In this document: positions 1 through 12,438 of the stretch, piece after piece | Layout of the letters: every line of letters starts with the position of its first letter | Position numbering within the stretch: the stretch's first letter is position 1 | Source: Catajapyx aquilonaris | Lineage: Eukaryota | Reading direction: 5' to 3' | DNA length: 64,000 nt | NCBI GenBank assembly: GCA_000934665.2 | Contig: KZ538327.1 | Coordinates: forward strand, 1-64,000 | Made by a program: the position numbers and the translations under genes | Notes under the pieces: model-generated | What the model saw: only the letters and a program-made list of their open reading frames with translations | What the model was told of the DNA's origin: nothing | The model's database searches: none

Positions 1-336
1 CCCCGTGACCAATTGAGGGGTGTGGGGGAAAAACATGATAACTGACATTTTTGTCATTTTTGACCTAAACACCTAGCAACTATGTATAAGACATGCCAAA
101 CAGTTTGGTATACTCCAAGTTCATGTATCATGCACGAGACGGTCACACGAACTAGATTACGTAAAACCAGCATTCCCTATGATTTGTTAAGGAAATGCAA
201 ACTTCAATTCGCTCTCCTGAAGTATTACACCTTTGTCAGTTATCATGTTTTTCTCCCACACCCCTCAATTGTGGTATATCAGAAGACCCCCCAAGACTCC
301 CCCAAAACGGTCACGTGGTATTTGCACGACCCCTTA
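1..336. mobile_element. Non-autonomous DNA transposon (MITE, PIF/Harbinger-like end), left end cut off by the window edge
   Basis: 38-bp internal inverted repeat with 1 mismatch (10-47 vs 234-271). The right end GGTCACGTGGTATTTGCACGACCCC followed by TTA resembles arthropod MITE termini with TWA/TA target sites. No transposase ORF. Confidence 0.55.
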
Positions 337-3300
337 CCAGCGTGGCATACTTTATGGACGAGCCTTATTTAGCTATTTTCTTATAAGCATGAAGTATCAG
401 GTTCCTTGTAGTAGTTGAAAGTGCCTCTATGCGTTTTGTGTCCAACATTGCCTGATTCTCCTCAAACAAACAAGCAATTGACGGTCGTATAATGTGATCA
501 CTACTGAGGCCCATGGACGTTTTTAATCGTAAGAATTTTTGTATCCGATGGCCATACTTATTCGCAGAAGTACTTATTCCAGAAGTAGATTATTGAGACT
601 GCATATTTTGCCGTCTTGGGAGCAAAGAATAGCAGTTGTTTTCAATTGATAAAATGAATATGCAGATATTTCTGATATTGGAACGCCTCTGAATAAGTAG
701 GATTTCTGGAAGCAGTGTACTACTTTGTAGCCTATAGCTACTTTATGCTCACTTGAGCCCGCTATCATTTTGAATCTTCGGCGGTATTTGATGGTTGCTT
801 TTGTCTTATGTATTAAATTGATGAACTTGTTTTATTTCTGCAAAATTGTACTCTGTAACAAGATTATCGGTCACACCCTAAAAGCCATGTCCTATATATG
901 AGAGCTGTCCCAGTAATCATTGCAACTAGTTTTGCGTCACCTGGACTAATTGCGTATACATATATGCATAGATATGAATAATTATGGATTTGTAAAATTT
1001 AACCAGTTTTGTTGTTCCCCCGAATTGAAGGTTGGCTCCAGTGTACTAACCCCAGGGCCTGGAAATAATAAACTATCCCCGTCTTCCCTACAGATACACA
1101 GCATATGATTACTGTGGAATTCTGTTGCTCATTTTCTTTCAAATTTACATGTAATATTATGACACACATAGCCAATTTCAAGGCCCACAACATGTAACAA
1201 AGCACCTGCACATTTCAGATTCTCCTTAGGAGAAACTTTAACCGTTGCTATGCACTCCATCAGTTGAAGTTTCACTACATTTCTAGACTCACCCTGGACA
1301 CCTGAAATAATAATGTATTGTATGTCCTATACACCGAAGCTAGGAACACACACAATCCATCTCGACTATACTCTTCCTATCCCCTCCTGTGCTGCCTCAC
1401 CCCTCGTTGCTTGCTCTCCAGTAGCCCACCAGCCAGGCAGCCAACCAAGCAACCAACCTACCTACCTTATTTCTTTTTCATGAGATGTTGGGCGAGGTTG
1501 GACAAGGGATGATATAAAGCAGAAGGCCGTCTTTTTTCCATCCGTAAATTCCCGCAGTGCAAGTGCGAGCAGAAAAGTAGTTGCGCCAGCTTGCGGGAGA
1601 GAGAGAAAGAGAGGCGTAAAGAAATATATGGTCTCAGGTTTGCCGCTTGGCTGACTTGTATGACTACCAAGGGGTTTCCTGAACTAGGAAATTGTAGGAT
1701 TTGTGAAATGGGAATGAAGCCGCCAAAAGTTGGTGGTGATTTATTATGCCGAGCTTCTCTATTAGGCGTAACTTGTAGCGCATTATCGCGGATAATACCG
1801 TGGGTATCACAGTGCAGGTAATTTTGCTAAGAGTCAGGCTGTGCATTTTATGTTATTGCCAGAGAAGCCTGCTGCTGCCGCGGTGGTTCTGTAAGTCAAT
1901 CAAATTATTTCGGCTCAGGAGACTCCCTTTTGCTTGCTGTAGGTAAAATTCGGGCTGCGTGGTCCGTATAGGAATTGCACTGAATAATTTATGCCCCTGA
2001 CATGGAACTCACAAATGCATTCTAGGACCATTAGGCTTGTGTCCAACATCTGGGAGCGAAACGTGGACTAATGACTGTTTTTCCACACTTAACAAATGAT
2101 GTCCCTAGGTTGGGCGCTGTGAAAACACTCACTCACGTTGAAGGCCTCCTGTAGGTCGGAGGGCAAGGAACCGCAGTCCATTTTAAGGCGTGTAATGTAT
2201 GGGTTGCTTAATGGCCGGAGCAGGGGGAGCATAATTCATGTTAATCCGATTTGCCGATTAGAGGCGTGACGTATCTGCGGCTGCAGCGATGACGTGGTGG
2301 GGTCCACCACCAAGTCTTTGGCCGGGTTTTGATCAGAAGAAAGCGGGGTCTAATCTGCGACAATCCGGGTGTGCATCAGCAGGCTTCCAGCTTCATTGGC
2401 ATTAGTGGAGGAAAGAGACAGTGGCCGTGCCCACTTCATCCGTCATCTCTAAGGGGCTTGTCCATTTCCCCACAAAGCGAGGAGGATTTCCCGCCCTTCC
2501 CAGAGTTTCCCTGCCTCTGGCTCCCCCATAGGATTCCAACCGACTCGATTTTGTTAACCTCGCCCTGAAAAAGTAATGGATGCTGGTTGCGCTCGTTATC
2601 TCCTCGTTACATCGTGGTTGGTGGTATGTAAAACTTGGAAACTCGCACATGTTCTACGCTTTCGGCACCCTCGTAAAGCCGGCTTACTGACTGAAAAGCA
2701 CATAACTGTCCAAGTGCCTAAGTTGCAACGTTCCCAAATAGTTTTAAAAATATTCATTATGCATAAATAGGTTTGTCACATCCGCGGAATGAGTAGCTAC
2801 ATTTTAAATCGTGCAATAATGCCCACTTGATGAGGGCCACGTGTGCGCGGGATCTAAAAAGGAGCATTCTTCATGGTGTATGGAGATTCTGTTAGTCCCG
2901 AGGCGAAAGAGTTTCCGGATGGTCTGGTTGGGGCCGGAGCCGTGCATGTATCGCATCCTTCCACGGCTTCATCCATTGCCAAGGGCGACGGCCGATGATT
3001 AACCGCAAGGAAGGAGGGATGAGACCGGCGGATCTCTGCATGCCCAGATTGCTTTGACACGTATGAGCGACGGGAATAATTAATCCTTCCTCTGGGGCGA
3101 GATCAATAGGCAGACTTCAGGTTGCTGGGTTATATTGCACTATCACCAGCCGACCATGTGCAGCTGCTCGTCTGTCTGATGTGTAGATTCATGGGGCACT
3201 TGCCATGCTGACATGACCCAAGGCGTTGCTGTACACTTGCAGCGGAGGATGGGGCCACTTATCTGCACCAGGCAGCAGAAGGTGTAATGATGAAACTTGT

Positions 3301-5713
3301 TAGTGTTCAGCCTCGGTGTCAAAGTTGCAACCGAATCAGTCGCGTGGAAACTGTTAGGACTCGCAATCATATGCATTCGGGGGGAAAAATAATGAGTTGG
3401 CAGTAGTTGATATGTAAACTTGTCAACTTTGATGGGTGATATGCGGCCGTGTGGAATATTCTGATGGTACTTAACACATGTCACCAGACCGTGAAATCTA
3501 TTTTTCTGTTTTCTTGCTGGAAATCTTGTAGGTAAAGTTATATGAACTAAAGCAAACGTGGATACGGGGGAGGGCTTCACTTTGCTGGAGTGCTGATGGT
3601 GGAGTAGCTCCAGGATATGTTTGTCCGAAGCATATACATACCGTGGGCATTCAAGAGAAACACACGACTTCAAAAAATAGAGATTCACACTAAATCAGAA
3701 GACGGATTTTTCCTCTATAACATTTTGTGCCTTATGAGTTATGATGAATACAGGAAATCCGATTAGCAGTCTCATGATCCATTTTAGGACTAAAATAATG
3801 GCCTTGTCAAGGCGATATAATGGCAGATCATGTAGCGATATAATGCATATTATTATTACTGTTTCGATCATGCCATAAAGTAGATACAAACTATAACTCA
3901 TCATCTCAGTGAAGTCCATGTATAGCATGATGTAAGATGTTGCATCATGCCAGGATAATAGTGGTTAGATGCCTATTATGAGTAAGTTAAGCCGAAAACT
4001 TTAAGTAGGTACAAGAGAGATATCGCGTTTGATGGATTGTGGTTGATAAAGTGCACTGTGAAAGAGCAATGTCTTCAACTATGCTTCAGGTGAAGCGTGA
4101 ATGATAAATATGTGTTTAAGCTAATCGAAGATAGTTTAAAAGGAGTTCAGGACACATTTAAGGTTCTTTCCGAGTAATTTGAGATTATGTGAAGCAGATT
4201 TGAAAGGAGTGTGTAGGAGTTTAAAGAATGTGATTTAAGGTGGAATTTGAGAGGTCGATTGATTTGCATTATTTGATTTACATCTACACCTCGTAGATAT
4301 CAATAATGCCACAATATCAGCGCCTGGCGTGAATTTCCAGCCTTCAATGATTACATCAGATGTCATTTGTAACGAGTATATCTGGCATACGCATCACCGT
4401 TGCGCTATAGAACCCACAATATTGGCAATTTTTGTTATACAGTACGTATTAAACTGTTTCATTGCAGTTGGACATTGCCCGGTTGCATGAACTCAAATTA
4501 AGGAACCGTGTGAGATAATGGGTAACGTACATAATGCATATAATTGGATTTTTTCGCTTCATTAACCTTCGTACTGTACTGTACAGTGTACAACTATAGG
4601 TCTACGTTGCTCTGCGCTGATAATATTTGACCTGGAAATATTCTTGCACGGAATATTATCCTGCATGGTTGGTGCAACTTAAAACCAACTGTAAGTCTTG
4701 CTGACTTTTATTGGCCCAATATTTAGATTCCATTTTCCAGGTTAATTTAAAAGAATTACATTATTTATGTATTCCAGAGTGTACTGTGCCACTGTTGTGA
4801 ACCATTTTCCGAATTACTCTGTGCCTTGCTGTTCTCTCCAGCGCCATGTATTTGACTAATGGAAAGTGCCCTTTGTTTGCATAAATTGCACTTTAGACAT
4901 AGGTCTGAACAATAACATTCTTGGATATCAACATTATGCTGCGAGTACTGTGCCATTAGTTAAGGCGAGTACAGTACACGATTGCGTATAGGGCAGACCG
5001 TAATCAAATGGGAATTCACGCTAAACGCTTACCTGTTGGCGATGTCGTTAGGATGGCACCCTAATGGTAGAGCAGCGGGTAGGTAATCAACATCCGTTAT
5101 TCAGCAGTTCTGTTTTGTTGCAACTGCAATGGATATAGGCCGGAGAAGAGGTGGGATTGAGCAACGCATTGTGGGTCTTAATCAAATGTGATCATCCTTT
5201 TTTGTATTCTTTGAGCTCAACAGGTTTCTTTATAGTTCAACTTAGCTTAATGAGCGAGTCACGAATTTTTGAAAGCAGCCATCTACAAAAAATAAAATAA
5301 AAATAAAATCAGCATTCAAAACAGTAAACAATCTAGAAGTGAGTGGCATTTGCTTATGCTGTGCAGGAGGTGCAGCATATTCTAGGACACTCGCAGGAGC
5401 AAGTTTGTACACACTGCCACCCCTTCACCTGCAGCTCCAGTCACAACTTCTGTAAGTGCCTTGTCGCATCCCGTACCACCCCATTACAAAGTTGTTTCGT
5501 CGTGGCTGTTTGAACAGAGGGAAACAACTCTTTTTAGAGACCCCAAATATAGCTTTTGGAAGGCTTCCAGTGGGGGGAGCCTCATGCACGTATCTCAAGT
5601 TGTCATACGAAAAGGTCGTCGACGACAATGACGACGGCCTCAATTCCAGCCAATTGCTATATTTGTTTACAGCTAAGCCCCCTCTCTTCCTCTGCGAGCA
5701 GACCAGACAGCGG

Positions 5714-6001
5714 ATCAGTCAGGAGAGATACGTGCTTGATGAGATTAGGGGACATTGTGCCAGTTCCTCGACGCATATGGTGGTGGTAGTCGTCAGCTGG
5801 AGCTGGAGGGATCAGGATTCAGCGCTACGAAGACCCCCAACGGCTCTTTTACGGCCGATTATAATTATGCGGTTGCTCGACCTGTGCTGTAAAGATTTTT
5901 CCGGGCTCTTGACACGTGATAGCTTGTGACTCGTGTTCGTCATAAAGGCGCGCGTTACACGAGCTGCAGATTAATTTGGCTTGCGCAGGAGGACGGTACG
6001 T
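5714..6001 (+). promoter_or_regulatory. Candidate promoter and non-coding first exon (about 5717-5995) splicing to the acceptor at 8343
   Basis: Arthropod initiator-like ATCAGTC (5714-5720), a CpG-rich UTR-like stretch, and donor ACG|GTACGT at 5996. The acceptor at 8343 requires an upstream exon. No clear TATA box or DPE. Confidence 0.3.
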
Positions 6002-8343
6002 TGGTTGCCAATGAAGCGGACGAGTGTATGCACAGCGGAGTAGGTGGACAGGTTGGTTGACGTGCATGGATGGGATCTATTCATTAATGCAACAGTTGTG
6101 TTTTGTCATGTGCTCATGCGATGCAGGGTATTTTTTTTTGTGAAATGGTTCGACCCCGCATTTTGGACGTGCACTTTGCTGGCTGATTATGCGTGCAATT
6201 TGTATGCTATTGCGAATATCATCCTGTACCCAACCTTCGCAGGTCTTTGAGCTTGGAAAGTTTTCGGTTGGTATGGATTTTTAGAGTAACTAATCCAACC
6301 TCCACACTTTCTCCCCTAAGCTAAGAATTCAATATTCCAAGTTTGAGCTAATCCATCAAATGAAGACCGAAGACACAGAATTATGCCTCATCCCCTCTTG
6401 CCATTTACAACTACTCCCAGGCACTTCCTTCGCCTTCCTTCGAGTGAATGGCCCTTTTTGAGTCAACTCATTTTGAAGCACTTATAAAATTTCATATTTG
6501 ACATCTGCAAGGACCTGAAAAAATGTGTCCAGCACTGGCAACATACACATAGAACAGGGTGTTTGAAAATGCAGACGTGAAGGGCCGGAGAGAGGTCATC
6601 TTCCCGCAGAGCCCCATCGTTCCCCGAGGCAGTAAAAGTCGAGGCTAGTGTAAAACTTGAAATAAGGTGTACCAAGGTACAGCTTGAGCCCGTACGGAGC
6701 AAGTGTTTATGGAATGGTTAGCTGGAAGAGGCGTTTCCTGAGAGGCCAGTTGTTAGAGGAGGATGTAGGGTGGGGTGTAGGTGTGTTGTGAAGCCCCAGA
6801 GCGATGCTTGGACTCGTAGCCTGTTAGGGGAATGATGGTGGACGGGGTCTTGGGCTGGTCGGTGGGTTAATGGCGTGGCCAGGCAATCAGGGTAAATGGT
6901 ATGTTTCTTATACATTATGGGACCTCGTTGAGCGTCACACCCGGATACTTAGTGTCGCTCCGGGAAATGAATAGCAGACGAGTGAAGAGGGCTGGAGACC
7001 AGGGAAATCGCTTTTCTTTTTTCCACCATTTGCCCTCCTCGCTTGGTTGGTTGCTTTGGGCACTTGGTTCCGTTCGACCTCTTGGGTACGTCATGTGTGT
7101 ACTGCAAGCTGGCATAACCTGCACCCATAGACTACGCTGCAGGGGGAAAAGAGTGGGTTCATTTTTGAAACAAAGAATGCATTGTATGCGGTTATGGTGG
7201 AAAAGTCGAGGGGTGAAAAATAGGGGTAGTCAAGGCATGAGCAATTAATTTTGGCCAACTGTGGGTGGGAATGAATAGTACTCGATTAGCCAGCTATCGA
7301 TTATACTCTCCTCCTCCCCTGAAACCTTCTTTGGTCCATTGATCAACGCGGACCGTTATTATTGGCTGGAAGAGGAAAAGCCATCCGGATGCAGATATAG
7401 AGCGCGCGAACGAGCGGCCAAAAAGAAAGAAAATTAATCGGGCGGGGACATAGGCGAGTACCAAACAGCAGAGCCCCATTGTTAGAAATGTGGGCGAGCC
7501 ATTAGCTCCTGTCGGATTGGCCCGTAAGAATCCCCCTGTAATTTAGGTGAAATGAGCAGGGATAATTGGTGCCTGGGCACAAGTAGTTGGACGCTCATGC
7601 CCTGACTACTTTAGCCCCTTTTTGTGCTTTCTGTCGAACGTTGCCAAACGTTATATGGACCGAATGAGTGATAGTATGAATTTGTGCTTCCCCGGATGTT
7701 GGCCTGGATTGACGATCATGTTGCACAGAGGGTATGAGTACCGCCAAGTGTGTTGGCCTCCAGGGGTAAAGAGGGGCGTTTGTCAGGAGTAAAGTAGGCA
7801 GTTGTAGAGGCAAGCCTTTGGCCGGGAGCGGACAACAGCGGAGTATGTGGAGAGGGGGAACTGATTTGAGGGGATGCCCTTCACGCTGTAGTACAGGTTC
7901 TCCGGCGTTGTGTCTGGGCCCCCTCGATTTATGGTCATTGCGAAATGGAGGCCATGTTAAACCGATGTGTCTCCTGGAGAATACGAGTGTAACTGCTGGT
8001 CATCAGTAAGGGTGGAATTTCACATTGTGTTGCTGAAATGTTGCTCTGTCGGGAGGGATTTGTTAAAACATGCATGCATGACATTTGCCTACTGTGATCA
8101 AATAGCGGCAGGCGTTTTGTTGGAATTACAAACGAGGCAGCCATTACCGCCTATATTACAACACGCGTGTACCAAAGTATTGCATTATTCAACAAAGGGC
8201 GCGTTACAATTGCATTTATACCTTTTTGTCAATGAAACTACAGCCAGGACTATATGTCCTGTGGGCTGGAATTCCATTACAGGAATATGCGTGTACATAA
8301 TGAAGCTTGACATCCAGGCCCTAACGCTTCGTTTTCTTTTCAG

Positions 8344-8666
8344 ATGCAGTAACAGGTGTGGGCCGAGAGAGCAGAAAGCTGTGATGCGAAAAGGCCGGGG
8401 AAAACATGGACGTGCTTTGTGAGAATATGAAGCCGTCGGCCGTGTTGACTAGTGTGGCGTCTGGACGCGCCAAAGACGACCGGAGGCTGCACGGCAAAAA
8501 AACTTTAGCTTTGGACCTCAACAAGCTTTTGCTGTGATGTGCTTCGCGCTTTTGGTGCTAGGAAGCCTACTCTTCCACTGTTATGTTTCGGAGGCCGCGG
8601 TTAGGAATATTTTTGTAAAGTGCGCGTTGATTCGGTGCTACAAGTTCCCGCTGTGATACGAAGAAA
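8344..8666 (+). other. 5' UTR portion of the first coding exon, containing several uORFs
   Basis: Textbook 3' splice site just upstream: branch CTAAC (8321-8325), pyrimidine tract GCTTCGTTTTCTTTT, CAG ending at 8343. In-frame stops (8535-8537 and after) exclude an N-terminal extension of the main frame. Confidence 0.65.
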
Positions 8667-9245
8667 ATGGCGGAAGGCAACCAGCAGCAGCAGCAACAGC
8701 AGCAGGGAGCCTCTGGAGGCTACCGAGGCTACGAGTCTTCGTCCTCGTCCTCCCCACGGCTGTCCCTGTCCTCCGACCCTCGACTGTCCCAGCTGCTGGA
8801 CCACTGGTCGGAGCGGTCCTCCTCGTCCCACGGAAGCCCTCGGCCTTACGCGACTCTGGGCGGCAGTCCGCGGCGCCTCTCCAGAGCTTCTTTCTCCAGG
8901 CTCTCTTCCGCTTCTCACGCTTCCTCGCTGCCCTCGGTGCTTGCCGACATGCTCCAACCAGAAGCCTTCCTCTACCAGCCCCATCTCCCGCCGCACCACC
9001 TTCAACCGCATTCCCCTCACCACCACCATCACTCACCGCAATACCATCACCACCACCATCCCCCCCACCTCCACCGGCATCAGGAACCGCAGCCGACTGC
9101 TGTGGACCCTCACTGGGGACCTTCCAGAAGCGCCGATGGAGAAGCCACAGCACTGGATTGGCAACAGAGATGCCTGGAGCTGGAAGTCTCTCTCCAGCGG
9201 TACCGGGATCAGGCCGGACGGGTCAGGGAGCTCCTCAGGGATAAG
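8667..9245 (+). CDS. PLEKHH1/2: First coding exon (partial CDS, 193 codons) of a PLEKHH1/PLEKHH2-family (MAX-1/CG43867-like) PH-MyTH4-FERM protein; only the N-terminal extension and start of the coiled coil are in the window
   Basis: ATG in strong context (GAAAATGG). GC-rich, coding-like composition unlike the flanks. The last 30 aa (9156-9245, DWQQRCLELEVSLQRYRDQAGRVRELLRDK) match the recalled vertebrate PLEKHH1/2 N-terminal motif DWxxRCxxLExQLxxFRxQASKIRELLAxK. Ends at donor AAG|GTCAGT (phase 0); the ORF stop at 9252-9254 is intronic. Assignment from memory, not BLAST. Confidence 0.85.
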
Positions 9246-10730
9246 GTCAGTTGATAATGCATGACCTGAACTGCTGCATGCTGCCGCCGCCGGCTCCTTG
9301 CAGGATGGGGGGAGCATTCATAAAGCTGCGAGTGATGGCTGACCTTTTAGTCAAATTAACGTGAGCGTCGTCGTTAAAAGGAGAAGGGAGATGAGGGGAG
9401 CTGCGGCCGACGCCAATTACGTCTTGCAGGGGAGGATAATGAGGACGTTATAACGCCATAGGAAATCGCCGACCTTCCAACTGCCGTCATCTCCTGTCTC
9501 CAAGGTGACAATGGAAACGGGAATTAAATTTTGCTACCAACCTTATTAACCCGCCTGACAAGTGCCATCTATTTTAGCATCTAGGTCAACCTGCGCAGCG
9601 AGCGGGCTACGACCTTGCTCTATAGGCTTCTGTGCTAGAAGTGTTCTTTCGCTTGATTCGTCCCGAAGCCTTGCGCAGATCTTGTCCAGGCACACCCAAG
9701 CCGAAATGATTATAAACTCTCTCCTTTTAGGAGCCCTCGTAATTACGGGAGCCGCTGAGATGAAAAGTAGCCATTTTTACCTCTCAAGACCGTATTAAAT
9801 TTACTGGTATATGAGTCGGGCATAAATCATGGTTAATAAGGCGAGGATGAGTAACTTAATTACCGAATTACTGGCAGGTTGATGAAGAGCTAGTCTCGGG
9901 GCGGTTTTTCTTCCTGGACCAGGCCGAGACGTAGGTGGTGGCCTGTAGGCTAATAAATGAGTTTCCGGGAAATGGCGTGGGCCTGCCGTGATGATGGGAC
10001 CTTTCAGCGTGACCTCTCTGGACTAGTGTCAAATGAGCCACGTGACACGGGGCCTTGCAATGCTGGTAATTGCCTGTCATGCCCAGTTGGAGATGTGGCT
10101 GTGGCTGTCCAGATTGAGAGATTACAGCCGGGAGATGACGTGGGAGCCACTGCCTCTTTATTTACTCGGGTATTTCGGGTCAGGTGTGCGATTGCATCTT
10201 TCATTAGGTTTGAAAGGGAAAGGCCAAATCACACGTTTGGTGTACCCTGGCTTGCTAACGTGTGAGTTACATGTTTTTCACTCGACTAGCCTGTTATTCA
10301 GCGGCGATACGGTTCTAGATTCAAATGGCGTTTGCGACTCTATGTCAAATGCTATTTCCATGTCTATGTGCATGCTATTCATATTCGAATTTTTTGTTGT
10401 TGGGGTAAACATGCTGCATGCTTTTAGGCCGCGCTGGTGTTTCTCGAAAAGAGTAGGTTATGGACTGCACAAATGCTATATTTAAGCCGGCATTTTACAT
10501 CATATATGTACGTACATAGTAGGCCATGACTAAAATATGGTCTTTTGGTGTTCATAGTCGTGGTCGTGTAGTGAAGTGTGGCGGTCTCATGGAACACTGG
10601 AAATCTGTCATGCGCATGCCGTGTGGATCAATAGAGGTGCATGTGTAGACGGGTCGAGCTTTGAATTCACGTTGAGGGATTGCAAGCTGTGGGAAAATCT
10701 ATATGCCTCCCACACATTTGATTTTTTTCC

Positions 10731-10742
10731 CTCCCTCTCTCC

Positions 10743-10790
<48 letters not shown>
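10731..10790. repeat. (CT)n microsatellite, perfect (CT)20 at 10751-10790
   Basis: Seen directly. Confidence 0.95.
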
Positions 10791-10795
<5 letters not shown>

Positions 10796-12300
10796 CTCCC
10801 CCTCCGCTTAGTTAATGCACGTTGCAGCTATAGCAACAGGAATCATCCATCGAGTACGGCAGCTCCCGAGTAAATGTCACCACTATTTTTAACGGAGAAA
10901 GTACCAGATACAAATCTCTATTTTAAGGAGACTGTTTTACGTCTCACGTTTATGTGGCAAAGAAGGAGGAGGAAAAAACCATTTATAAACATGGAGATTT
11001 ATATCCCAATAAATGAAAGTGGTTTCTGGCAACGTACCACTCGAGGGTGCGTGGTGCAAGGGAGCCTGCTGAGAGATCCTGTGCGAATTTTCAAACTGGT
11101 AGGAAAGAGTAGTGGGCCATGAAGGGAACAGTGTATTGGACCCCAGCGTAATTGCATGAGGCCCAGCAGCTAATAGCCTCGCAATCACTCCCACCTCATT
11201 GTGACTGAACACGAGGCAAGTAGTCGTAGCTATTTAACAGAGCGTATGAGCTTTCAAGATGGGCCAATAAATCTGTCTGGGTGGCATCCATTTGCCTCCA
11301 CGCCAGACCAGATTTCCAGCGCAGTTTTGGACCCGGCTGCATCGCCTCGTAATGGTTTCATTGCCGATAGGGAAGACTGCATTTAAAACTCTTTCTCCCC
11401 CCCTCTGGTTTGCCTGTGTGGTACCGGCAATGGGAAATTCTAACTCAACTGAAAGGGACCAGGATGCGCCATTCCATTTCATTTTTTCTTCATGGGTGGC
11501 CTGTCGCGTTCGGTTTTATGTGCCCGAGATGCCCACGTTCCGGTTTCATCATAGGTTGGTGGTAGGAGCGACTTGATTGTCAAAATGTGTCCTGCTGCTA
11601 GAGACAATGAGTTATTTCCAGCCAAGTCAATAATGGAGAAACCCAGCGGGCGTGAGAGATNGATCCCCCCCCCCCCCCCATGTGCGTGGGGGGTCTGGAG
11701 TGGGGCTGATCATGTGGAAGAGTTCCTTGATAATTTCCACGAGTTTGGTCCATGTAGCATGTACCATGTATTTCAGAATTTGAAGATGAGTTTTTGCGGA
11801 AAGTTTGACGTGGAATCATACGTACTGTTGAATGCCCTATAATAGTGTATGTATGTGTAAGTTATGTCATGAAATGTGTTTTTTACGTATTGATGCTGGA
11901 ACACGTGGTTTTCCAATCATGTTGGCCATACTTGGGTAGCCTCAATAGATTTGAAAACCTAGTGTCGAGGCGGCAACACCGCGACATGTGTGTTGACAGC
12001 TTGTCAGTTGACGTGGCTTAATGGGTGTAGTAGTGGAGGTTGGATCTTTCTGGAATGCTGCCAGAACGCCGTTAGTTGCATACATTTACGGGCCGCAATA
12101 TGTACAGTACATGTTACTCGCTTTTTCAAATGCCGAGAAAGCCAGAAATTCAATTTTCTTGTCTGGTTTGGCGTATTGACTCAAATGCCCTTCTGATCTC
12201 ACACTGTTTGGTTTTGTTATCAATTGCGAAGGGATGCAGGGCAAATGAGATGTAATTTTATTTTTGTCATAATCGTGTACGCTAATGTCAACGGGGTATA

Positions 12301-12438
12301 GGTCCGATTTCCAGTGGAGCACACTAGGTGGTAAAACCCAGCGGAAAAGTTTTATAAGAATACTACAGTAACTTATATGGAATTTTGCAACAGGAAAAGA
12401 AGTTTTACCATCTATTTTGCTCCAGTGGGAATCGGGCC
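12301..12438. mobile_element. 138-bp MITE with 37-bp terminal inverted repeats
   Basis: 12301-12337 (GGTCCGATTTCCAGTGGAGCACACTAGGTGGTAAAAC) matches the reverse complement of 12402-12438 at 31/37 positions. TA on both flanks and an AT-rich core. Confidence 0.65.

Noticed and set aside
4438..4580. Short TACAGTACG...CGTACTGTA inverted ends (Tc1/mariner-like)
   Set aside because: Only about 9 bp of match, and CAGTAC/GTACTG words are common across the window.
5045..5115. tRNA/SINE-like A-box fragment (TAATGGTAGAGCAGCGG)
   Set aside because: No convincing B-box or cloverleaf. At most a decayed SINE head.
8601..9317. Overlapping ORFs 8620-9264 (+), 8601-9032, 8638-9153 and 9033-9317 (-)
   Set aside because: Shadow frames of a GC-rich low-complexity exon. 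Three start at non-ATG codons and none has recognisable homology.
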